A stretch of 64,000 nt of DNA. Source: Planctomycetota bacterium. GTDB taxonomy: Bacteria; Planctomycetota; Phycisphaerae; Sedimentisphaerales; Anaerobacaceae. This document shows positions 45,283 to 52,745 of this stretch, piece after piece (position 1 is the stretch's first letter; every line of letters starts with the position of its first letter). The notes below the pieces were generated by a model that worked only from the letters and a program-made list of their open reading frames with translations, ran no database searches and had not been told where the DNA came from. A program made the translations under genes and the position numbers. The stretch lies in contig JADFJC010000003.1 of NCBI GenBank assembly GCA_022566315.1, positions 6,109-70,108 of the forward strand, given 5' to 3'.

Positions 45283-46575
45283 TTAGAATTTGGCAAATCG
45301 AACCACGACCTTGCCTGTAAGGTCCGGTTCCAGAAGCTCTCCCTTATCAATGCTCTGTTTCCTGCCTTGCTGGATATGACTGCGGCTTCTTGCCGAATAA
45401 TAAAGCCCCACTGCGTCGTTCTCTTCTAAAGATTTCCTGTCCACATAAACCAGAGCAATTTGTTTTTCACCTATTCTTGCACAACTCAACACCCAACCAA
45501 TACTTCGGCCGTGTTTGTCCAGCACACCATCGTTTTGTCGAACAGGTCGGATACCCTTTGTTCCCGGCAATTCAATCCTGGCAACCTTCATATCATATTC
45601 TCTGGATATCCGCTCCATAGCCGTCTTGCCGATAAAGAACTTTTTTTCCAACTTGACGGCCCAGCCGTATCCAGCCTCGAATGGTGAAATGCCAAACTTG
45701 CCTGCCAGCTCATGTCCGTAAAGTGGAAGACCAGCCTCGATTCTCAGGCTATCACGCGAACCCAGACCGCACGGCAGCAGCCCCAATGGCTTTCCCGCCT
45801 GGAGAATCGTTTCCCACAGTTGCGATGCCCTCTCCGGGTGCACGAACAATTCAAATCCGCTTTTGGCACCCGTGTAGCCGGTGCGCGAGATTAAGCATCC
45901 AATGCCCTTAATATCCGTCTCCATGAACTGAAACGGTCGCAAATCGGCAATTTTCGACTGGGTTTCTTTGTTTTGGGTCAAGACAGAAAACACGTCCAGT
46001 GATTTGGGGCCTTGCAGGGCAATGTCAACCATGCAATCATAGGACAGAGAACAGATGACAGAGGACAGAGGACAGATAATCTGACCTCCGACTTCTGACT
46101 TCTGTCTTCTGACTTCTGACTTCTGACTTCTGTTTTTAAGCAGAGCATTGATCCAATTTTTTATCTTGGTATTATTCGCAGCATTAACGACAACGAAAAA
46201 CTTGTCCCGGTCCTTGCGATAGACTATAACGTCATCAAGAACACCTCCGGATGCATCCAAAATAAAAGAATATTGTGCGTGCTTGACCTTAAGGTTCGTG
46301 ATGCTATTGGTGGTGAGCTGGTCTATGAACTCGGCAGCATCAACTCCGGAAATCTCCAATACGCCCATGTGAGTACAATCAAAAATACCGGCTGCTTCTC
46401 GTGCGGCGGTGTGCTCACTGGTAATAGACGAATACCACAGCGGCATAAGATATCCGGCGAATGAGACGATGTGGGATTTGTCGGTCAGTCCAACATTCTG
46501 ATCGTATAAGACAGTTTGTTTGGGAGCTTTCTCGGCTTCACGCAATTGAGACTTATTGGCATCGTTCTGTAACAC
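45283..46575 (-). CDS. gcvT: Aminomethyltransferase (glycine cleavage T protein) carrying an in-frame repeat-derived insertion
   Basis: 430 aa. FAGYLMPLWY, GIFDCTHMG, ALQGP, ISRTGYTGAKSGFELF, GLGSRDSLRIEAGLPLYGHEL. It is ~60 aa longer than typical GcvT as I recall it. Residues ...KNRSQKSEVRRQKSEVGGQIICPLSSVICSL... are encoded by the 46041-46133 repeat. GTG start is uncertain. Confidence 0.85.
   Translation of the reverse strand: MLQNDANKSQLREAEKAPKQTVLYDQNVGLTDKSHIVSFAGYLMPLWYSSITSEHTAAREAAGIFDCTHMGVLEISGVDAAEFIDQLTTNSITNLKVKHAQYSFILDASGGVLDDVIVYRKDRDKFFVVVNAANNTKIKNWINALLKNRSQKSEVRRQKSEVGGQIICPLSSVICSLSYDCMVDIALQGPKSLDVFSVLTQNKETQSKIADLRPFQFMETDIKGIGCLISRTGYTGAKSGFELFVHPERASQLWETILQAGKPLGLLPCGLGSRDSLRIEAGLPLYGHELAGKFGISPFEAGYGWAVKLEKKFFIGKTAMERISREYDMKVARIELPGTKGIRPVRQNDGVLDKHGRSIGWVLSCARIGEKQIALVYVDRKSLEENDAVGLYYSARSRSHIQQGRKQSIDKGELLEPDLTGKVVVRFAKF
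46041..46133. repeat. 7-nt-periodic imperfect palindrome (ACAGAGG x n / TCTGACT x n), copy inside gcvT
   Basis: AGGACAGAGAACAGATGACAGAGGACAGAGGACAGATAAT | CTGACCTCCGACTTCTGACTTCTGTCTTCTGACTTCTGACTTCTGACTTCTG. It is 93 nt (31 codons) with the frame preserved. Confidence 0.7.
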
Positions 46576-46629
46576 TAACCGGCCCTATTCAAAGACTCCA
46601 GACGAACATACACTGGTTTCGCAACCAAA

Positions 46630-46810
46630 ACTATGTCCCTCTGTCCTTTTACCTGAGAGAATTATCCCTTCGGTACCTGCAGTATCTACAGTTTCTCCAG
46701 AGAGCCGTCCGACCAGGATCCTTTTGCCTGAGAGTTTCCCTGCTGCTATTTTAGACTACAGGTTACACCTTCGGCGCCCCAAATTCGGGGACTCTCTCCT
46801 GGCCATCATC
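46630..46810 (-). promoter_or_regulatory. Tandem glycine riboswitch (two aptamers) in the gcvT leader
   Basis: Minus-strand reading. Aptamer 1: CCAGGAGAGAGTCCCCGAATTTGGGGCGCCGAAGGTG...CTCTCAGGCAAAAGGATC. Aptamer 2: CTCTCTGGAGAAACTG...GGTACCGAAGGGATAATTCTCTCAGGTAAAAGGAC. These match the GGAGAG...CCGAAGG...CTCAGGCAAAAGGAC consensus cores. Confidence 0.8.
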
Positions 46811-46824
46811 CAGGTTTTTCGCAG

Positions 46825-46852
46825 AGTATAGCGCCCAAAGATCACTTGTCAA
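46825..46852 (-). promoter_or_regulatory. Sigma70-like promoter for the riboswitch-gcv operon
   Basis: On the minus strand: TTGACA (46852-46847), a 16-nt spacer, then TATACT (46830-46825). This lies ~10-15 nt upstream of the first aptamer. Confidence 0.6.
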
Positions 46853-46894
46853 GCTGAAAATCTCGATTTTCCTGCTATATGCGCTCAGCGGTCG

Positions 46895-48691
46895 CTATTC
46901 GCTGGTATCGAGGATCGTCATAAACGCTTCCTGCGGTATCTGAACGTTGCCAACGCTTTTCATACGCTTTTTACCTTCTTTTTGTTTTTTAAGCAGCTTC
47001 ATCTTACGCGTTACATCTCCGCCATAGAGCTTTTGCGTTACGTCTTTGCGAAAACCTTTGATGGTTTCTCTTGCGATGATTTTTCCGCCAATAGCAACCT
47101 GCAGAGGAATTTCAAACTGATGCCGTGGAATTGCTCTTCGCAGCTTTATGATCAGCTTACGGCCTCGAGCCTCTGCTTTACTGCGATGGACGATCAAACT
47201 CAAGGCATCGACTGCAACCTTATTTACAAGAATATCAATCTTAACAAGGTCACTGGCCTGGAAACCGGCAAACTCATAATCCATCGTTGCATAACCTCGA
47301 CTGATGCCTTTGAGAAGATTATAGAAATCATATACGATTTCGGCAAGCGGGGCTTTATACTCAAGCATCACTCTGGTCGTACTCAGATAATCGGTCTTTA
47401 CGAGCTTGCACCGCCTGGACTCTGTAAGTTTCATAATCGGCCCGATTGTATCTGTCCCAGTTATGATTTCAAGCTGGACAAAAGGCTCGCGAAGCTCTTC
47501 GATGTGACTCGGATCAGGCAATTGACCAGGCGATTCTATCCTCTTAATACTACCATCCTTTGTTAGGACCTCATAACTGACCGTCGGCGCCGTCTGAACA
47601 ACCTCTATATCATTCTCACGTTCCAAACGTTCCTGGACTATCTCCATATGAAGCAAGCCAAGAAAACCGCACCGAAAACCGAAACCAAGCGCAGGCGAAT
47701 TCTGAGGGCTGAATGAAAAACTTGCATCGTTAAGGGCAAGCTTATCAAAGGCATCTCTCAGCTTTGAATAATCCGTATTATTACCAGGATAAAAATCTGA
47801 AAATACCATCTGCATCGGCGCTTTATAGCCCGGCAGTGCCTCCGAAGCCGGCTTAGCATAATCTGTAATTGTGTCACCTATCGTCACATCCGCCAGCTCG
47901 CGAATATTTGCGATAACATAACCAACCTCTCCGGTGCCAAGTTCGTCAACAGCGGTCATCTCAGGTTTGAATTTTCCCAGCTCGGTAATAATATAAGTTT
48001 TGCCGCTTCGCATAAAGCTGACCTTTTGCTTTACCTTCAATGAGCCGGCAAAAACTCTAACATAACATATCACTCCTCTGTACTGGTCGCAATGGCTATC
48101 AAAAATCATCGCTGCGGTTGGCTGGTCACTTTTGTCCTCCGGCGCAGGAAGAAATGTCACAATCGCCTCAAGAAGTTCAGCAATTCCCAATCCGCTCTTT
48201 GCGCTTATCTTGAAACACTCATTAGCCCTGACCCCAATTACATGATTTATCTCTTCGGCAACCCGAGCGGGATCTGCTGCGGGCAAATCAATCTTGTTGA
48301 TTACGCTTAAAAGTTCAACATTGTTTTCGACCGCCAGATAAGCGTTAGCCACGGTCTGTGCCTCAACACCCTGGCTGGCATCAACCACGAGCAGCGCACC
48401 CTCACAAGCAGCCAATGCCCGTGAAACCTCATAATGAAAATCAACATGTCCCGGAGTATCGATCAGGTTCAGCATATATGTTTTGCCCTGGTGCTGGTAA
48501 TTCATCGTTACCGCTGAGGCCTTGATAGTTATTCCTCGTTCACGTTCGAGATCCATATTGTCAAGAAGCTGGTCAACCTTTTGACGGTCAGAAATCGTGC
48601 CGGTCAACTCAAGCATACGGTCGGCCAGCGTGCTCTTGCCGTGATCAATATGTGCTATAATCGAAAAATTTCGTATATATTTCGTATCCAT
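46895..48691 (-). CDS. lepA: Elongation factor 4 (LepA)
   Basis: 598 aa. IRNFSIIAHIDHGKSTLADR, DTPGHVDF, NKIDL and the characteristic LepA C-terminal domain. Confidence 0.92.
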   Translation of the reverse strand: MDTKYIRNFSIIAHIDHGKSTLADRMLELTGTISDRQKVDQLLDNMDLERERGITIKASAVTMNYQHQGKTYMLNLIDTPGHVDFHYEVSRALAACEGALLVVDASQGVEAQTVANAYLAVENNVELLSVINKIDLPAADPARVAEEINHVIGVRANECFKISAKSGLGIAELLEAIVTFLPAPEDKSDQPTAAMIFDSHCDQYRGVICYVRVFAGSLKVKQKVSFMRSGKTYIITELGKFKPEMTAVDELGTGEVGYVIANIRELADVTIGDTITDYAKPASEALPGYKAPMQMVFSDFYPGNNTDYSKLRDAFDKLALNDASFSFSPQNSPALGFGFRCGFLGLLHMEIVQERLERENDIEVVQTAPTVSYEVLTKDGSIKRIESPGQLPDPSHIEELREPFVQLEIITGTDTIGPIMKLTESRRCKLVKTDYLSTTRVMLEYKAPLAEIVYDFYNLLKGISRGYATMDYEFAGFQASDLVKIDILVNKVAVDALSLIVHRSKAEARGRKLIIKLRRAIPRHQFEIPLQVAIGGKIIARETIKGFRKDVTQKLYGGDVTRKMKLLKKQKEGKKRMKSVGNVQIPQEAFMTILDTSE

Positions 48692-48699
48692 CTCGTATA

Positions 48700-49920
48700 T
48701 TACCGACCAGTTTTGTGTCTGTGACGCCGTCTATCTGTTTCTTTTAACTGCCTTTTGCGGCTGGTATTGAATCGGCGGGGTCTATTTTTTGGCTTTCTGA
48801 TATTATTCAACTGGGGATCGGCAGATAGCCAGACGGGGTCAATATTGTTATTTTTTATAATTGTTTTTAATGTATGCAAATCATGTGTGCTGAAGAATGT
48901 AACGGCAATGCCTTTTCTTCCCATTCTGGCGGTTCGGCCTGTCCGATGCGTATATGCCAGCGGGCTGTCAGGGAAATCATAATTAATCACATGTGTTACA
49001 TAGCTAAAATCGAGACCTCTGCTTACAATGTCGGTGGCGACAATTGTTTTGAGCTGCTTTTTCTTAAATCGATTGAAAAGTGACGACCGCCTCGACTGTT
49101 CCATGCCTCCATGCATGATATCGACTGAATCAATTTCCTTTTTTAATTTATCAAACAGATTTTCGCAGTTCCTTCGAGATTTACAAAATATTATTGCCTG
49201 GGTTGGCTTTGTGTTCTTTATGTATTGAAGCAGCGAGGCAAATTTCTTGCGTCCGGTGGTCTGCTGGAAATGGTGGCAGAGACTTAGGGGTGCTACCTGA
49301 ACGACATTGAGCTCAAGAGTGACAGGATTCTTGAGGTATTTTTTTGCCAGGTGTTTAATCTCTTTCGGCATTGTCGCAGCAAAAAGCAGCGTCTGGTGTT
49401 CATGTATCAGGCATGAAATAATAAATTCGATATCAGTGATAAAGCCCATATTCAGCATTTCGTCCGCTTCGTCAAGTATAAAGGTCTGAACCTGCGACAG
49501 GCTCAAAGGGCTGTTACGGAGAAGATCGATAAGACGGCCGGGAGTGGCAATGAGGATATTTACACCATGGGACAGCTTTGCTTTCTGGATCTCGATGGGA
49601 AAACCGCCATAGACTGCAAATGGGGTGATACGAGTGAATTTGGCGACATCTGAGATGGCAGTTACGTATTGTAGAGCAAGCTCACGTGTGGGTACCAGGA
49701 CTAATGCCTGTATCTGGTTCTTGGCGGGGTCAATCGATTGGACGATTGGTATTCCACACGCAGCAGTCTTTCCGGAACCGGTCTCTGCCAGGGCAATCAT
49801 GTCTTTGCCTGCGATAATGTGTGGAAATGTTTCTTCCTGTATCGGGGTTAATTCCCTGTACCCGAGCTGCTTAAGGGCTTTTAATATCTGAGGTTTTAAG
49901 TTAAGTTCGGCGAATTTCAT
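48700..49920 (-). CDS. DEAD-box ATP-dependent RNA helicase with basic C-terminal tail
   Basis: Q-motif context (FAELNL...TPIQ), AETGSGKTAA, PTRELA, ILDEADEM (DEAD), FAATMP (SAT-like), HRTGRTAR. ATG 49920 is preferred over TTG 49932. Confidence 0.9.
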   Translation of the reverse strand: MKFAELNLKPQILKALKQLGYRELTPIQEETFPHIIAGKDMIALAETGSGKTAACGIPIVQSIDPAKNQIQALVLVPTRELALQYVTAISDVAKFTRITPFAVYGGFPIEIQKAKLSHGVNILIATPGRLIDLLRNSPLSLSQVQTFILDEADEMLNMGFITDIEFIISCLIHEHQTLLFAATMPKEIKHLAKKYLKNPVTLELNVVQVAPLSLCHHFQQTTGRKKFASLLQYIKNTKPTQAIIFCKSRRNCENLFDKLKKEIDSVDIMHGGMEQSRRSSLFNRFKKKQLKTIVATDIVSRGLDFSYVTHVINYDFPDSPLAYTHRTGRTARMGRKGIAVTFFSTHDLHTLKTIIKNNNIDPVWLSADPQLNNIRKPKNRPRRFNTSRKRQLKETDRRRHRHKTGR

Positions 49921-50017
49921 GTATAAAAGCAATTACTTTCTTTTTTCAAATTGTCATAGTGAGCAATTTTCGCATTATACACAAAATGTCGTCATTAACG
50001 AAACATAAATTAAATCT

Positions 50018-50255
50018 GTTGATACAGCCGGGTGCATGTCATGATTGTAGGTGGATTTTTCAGGCCTTTAGCGGTCTTTCAGCTAATAATACACGCTACC
50101 CCACGCTGCTATTTTGGGTAGGATGGGCTTTAGCCCATGCTGTTTTTTCACGAGTATCGAGCATCCAGCATTGAGACAAGCCATCCCCAAACTGCGCCTG
50201 AGGCTGCCACCCATTAAATAACGTGGTTTCTACCTACAAAGATGACATGCACCCG
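50018..50255. mobile_element. MITE-B: ~238-bp element with 27-bp imperfect terminal inverted repeats and ATACAG flanking duplication
   Basis: CGGGTGCATGTCATGATTGTAGGTGGA (50018-50044) matches the reverse complement of TCTACCTACAAAGATGACATGCACCCG (50229-50255) at 24/27. ATACAG occurs at 50011-50016 and 50256-50261. An internal hairpin plus T-run lies at ~50121-50148. Confidence 0.6.
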
Positions 50256-50416
50256 ATACAGACTACCTACTCATGGGCAATAAGGAGTTGTCTGCAAAAA
50301 TTGGACTAAAAGCCTTTCGCCGCATGGTATTCTACAACGGTAATATCGAGTGTCGCCTGCTGAAATACGAACTCTACAAAGGAACAAAACAACCGCGAAA
50401 CAGCGGGCAAGACTAA
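50256..50416 (+). pseudogene. Duplicate 3'-end fragment of the THUMP methyltransferase gene (52746-53924)
   Basis: Encodes ...LMGNKELSAKIGLKAFRRMVFYNGNIECRLLKYELYKGTKQPRNSGQD*, compared with LMGNKELAVKIGLKASRRMVFYNGKIECRLLKYELYKGTKQPRNSDQD* in the full gene. Identity is ~85-90% nt by eye. Homology continues ~80 nt past the stop, to ~50497. Confidence 0.8.
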
Positions 50417-50488
50417 CCCCAACCTTGCTAAGATGTATCATTGTGATTTTACTGGTAATGGATATAATACCGCTATGAACTGCCTTTA

Positions 50489-50507
50489 GGCAGATAAGTA
50501 ATGATTG
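50489..50507 (+). repeat. Cassette-boundary motif, degenerate copy (GGCAGATAAGTAATGATTG)
   Basis: It aligns with GGCGGATAAATATTGAAG of the other copies (~14/18), at the position where rlmL-3' homology ends. Confidence 0.4.
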
Positions 50508-50660
50508 TAAAGGGGACAGCCAAAGAGATGAAAGAATCATTAGCACATTTGCCGGAATTAAAATGGGATGAATTAGAACAACTCGCCCCCCTGCGTTAAA
50601 AAACTACATGAAGTGACAGAAAAGAATCTGTAAACAAAAAATAGGTGGCATTGTGTAGAT

Positions 50661-51509
50661 ATGAAAAAAGTTATTGATATCAATTACCTCCAGAAGCCCG
50701 TGTTAGAAGACTATCTTGCAAAAAATAGAGATAACTATGTTGTCTTTACCGACTTTGCCTGTATGGAAATTTATAAATGCAATGCATTGAAGAACCTTGC
50801 TTGCAAACTCAAAATTGTCTCCCAGTACCCTGATCAAGTAATTGTACTCAAAGGAACGCGAGAGATAGTTAGCCTAACTCTTGCCCCCAACAAGCTACCA
50901 CAAAGCCTTATAGACAACGCACAAACCATAGGTTTTCCTGAATTCTGTAATCAGACTAAATCTGCTTGCGAAGGTAACAATTTGCTTTCAAAGGAAGTGA
51001 GATTAAAAGAATCTTATGCGTCTCATTATCTTGAAGAACAAATGATATCTCATCAACTCATCGTTAATGCAATTAAAGGATTTGCCAAATCATATGGCCC
51101 ATCTTATTTAAGAGCACTTAGAACTGGCAAAAAGCTTCCTCCAGACATGCAGGAGAAGATAACTGAACATATCTATCTTATAACACTTAATTTTTTTAAA
51201 GGACATCCTGATGTTCAAGCCCAACCTGAATTTGATTCTTTAAAGAACAGCTACGTTTTTCGCTACTCAGTAAGCATATATCTTTTGTCACTAAGATGGA
51301 TAAAGGATGGAGGCATAGAGCAAGTCTCTGCAAAAAAACTACGTAATGACGCTGTAGACATGAGCTATGTCACCTACGCAACATATTTTGATGGCCTATT
51401 GTCCCTGGATAAGAAGCTCAATGCAATATATCGAGACACCTTAAATTATCTTCATTACTTTAACAGCCCTCAATTAATACAAGAGATTGGACCCTCCTTC
51501 GTCCCTTAG
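50661..51509 (+). CDS. PIN-like nuclease domain protein with large insertion (tentative); cargo of junction copy 1
   Basis: 282 aa. The N-terminal KKVIDINYL...VVFTDFACMEIYK and C-terminal RNDAVDMSYVTYATYFDGLLSLDKKL resemble the first Asp/Glu and last Asp strands of PIN domains. Motif-level call only. Confidence 0.4.
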   Translation: MKKVIDINYLQKPVLEDYLAKNRDNYVVFTDFACMEIYKCNALKNLACKLKIVSQYPDQVIVLKGTREIVSLTLAPNKLPQSLIDNAQTIGFPEFCNQTKSACEGNNLLSKEVRLKESYASHYLEEQMISHQLIVNAIKGFAKSYGPSYLRALRTGKKLPPDMQEKITEHIYLITLNFFKGHPDVQAQPEFDSLKNSYVFRYSVSIYLLSLRWIKDGGIEQVSAKKLRNDAVDMSYVTYATYFDGLLSLDKKLNAIYRDTLNYLHYFNSPQLIQEIGPSFVP

Positions 51510-51574
51510 GGACTACGGAGGACAGGCGAGTCCGCCCCCATAAATAAGGGGTAAATACCTGGGGCACAAGCTCC

Positions 51575-51629
51575 GGCGGATAAATCCGCCACACGGATGG
51601 CGGATAAATATTGAATAAGCAACGGGAAC
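51575..51629 (+). repeat. Cassette-boundary motif copy A (hairpin arms + GGCGGATAAATATTGAATAAGCAACGGGAAC)
   Basis: GGCGGATAAATCCGCC ACACGGAT GGCGGATAAATATTGAATAAGCAACGGGAAC. The same motif occurs at 54009-54063 and 54807-54837. Confidence 0.7.
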
Positions 51630-51745
51630 TTTTTTGCACAGGTGTTTTTTTTGTCATTTCGACCGAAGTGGAGAAATCTGTTTAAATAGACCTCTCGACT
51701 GCGCTCGAGGTGACAATGGGGCGCAATAATTAACTTTACTTGGCC

Positions 51746-51868
51746 TTACTGATGTTTTTTGCGGGCCTGGCGACGGCGGTCGGTTTCTTTTAACAGCCTT
51801 TTGCGGATTCTAATTGAATTAGGGCAAATCTCAACAAGCTCATCCTCTTGAAGGTACTCCATCGCCGT
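51746..51868 (-). pseudogene. Duplicate 3'-end fragment of typA
   Basis: Encodes AMEYLQEDELVEICPNSIRIRKRLLKETDRRRQARKKHQ*, compared with AMEYIQEDELVEICPSSIRIRKRLLKETDRRRYERKKPQ* at the typA C-terminus. Identity is ~80-85% nt by eye. The upstream part of the 89-aa ORF is unrelated. Confidence 0.8.
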
Positions 51869-52263
51869 GGCTGAAGACGCGCAGGAGGGGCTGGAACCAG
51901 CAACCGGAGCATGGCCGAATGGGTCGAATGGATCCGTGGCGTTAAAATAGGTAAAATATCTACGATTTTTCAACCAAAAGCGATGATACCTTCGAACAAA
52001 AATTAAATTTTTCAAAAATTCTTTAACTCTCTTGTTGACATCGAGTTACGAGAATCCCGAATCTCGATTCGATGACTTTTTTCGTATCAAACGTGCAGGT
52101 AGCTCTAATTATAGAGGCACTACTTTTTTCGCCTCCGGCAATAAGAAGACAAATAACCAATTAACTATGAACTATGAACCATTTACAAGCATCGAGAATC
52201 TCGGAGCGCAGCGCAGACCCCGCACCAATTGAGCTTAGCTCACGACTAATTGGTGCTGGGCAA

Positions 52264-52289
52264 GGCATCTCTACAATTGTAGAGATGCC
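52264..52289. repeat. Perfect 26-bp palindrome
   Basis: GGCATCTCTACAATTGTAGAGATGCC. REP-like hairpin or operator upstream of the methyltransferase gene. Confidence 0.6.
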
Positions 52290-52313
52290 TCTACAAATCA
52301 ACCCTTTTTATGC

Positions 52314-52680
52314 AAAACAAACCCAATTTCCAAAAAAGTCAAATGAACGTAAGTATCTATTTACAGACGGATTATGAAAATAAATCGCATTGGACACTTA
52401 GTGAAAACAAACCCAATACAAACCCAATCAAACCCAATTTCCAAAAGGCCAAAATGAACGTAAACTTATATGTTATAGAGGATTACAGAAAAAAAGATGA
52501 TTTCTTAGTCCGAATAAACAAACCCAATTGCCGAAAGGGTAAAAATTGATGCAAAGTTTGTATTTACAAAGGATTATGAAGAATAATGCGGATATGGGCT
52601 ATGAAAAAACAAACCCAAACAAAGCCAATTTCTTCAAAGGCCGAAATGAACTTAAAATCGATTGCCAAAAAATCTGGCCA
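52314..52680 (+). repeat. Degenerate tandem repeat, ~90-110-nt unit x ~4
   Basis: Units start at ~52314, 52404, 52514 and 52604. Each begins AAAACAAACCCAATTTCCAAAAGGCCAAAATGAACGTAA-like and continues ...TTACAGAGGATTATGAAAA... Confidence 0.65.
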
Positions 52681-52745
52681 CACCCTGATACAGCATCCGC
52701 CGCTTTGGTGTTGACAAAAGATGCAATTGAACGTAAATAATTTAG

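Noticed and set aside
50271-50546. 91-aa minus-strand ORF (and its twin, 53779-54249, 156 aa)
   Set aside because: Both are antisense read-throughs of the methyltransferase 3' end and its duplicate. Their similarity to each other is explained by the duplication itself.
51651-51715. Imperfect hairpin TGTCATTTCGACCGAAGTGGAGAAATCT...AGACCTCTCGACTGCGCTCGAGGTGACA
   Set aside because: It looks like a generic REP-type intergenic palindrome. There is a single copy in the window and several mismatches. I note it only as part of the cargo-A trailing region.
51869-52015. Upstream part of the 89-aa ORF 51746-52015(-), considered as a real small gene
   Set aside because: Only the last ~40 codons are meaningful, as a typA C-terminal duplicate. 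The N-terminal part has no start context or similarity. I treat the locus as a gene fragment, not a functional CDS.
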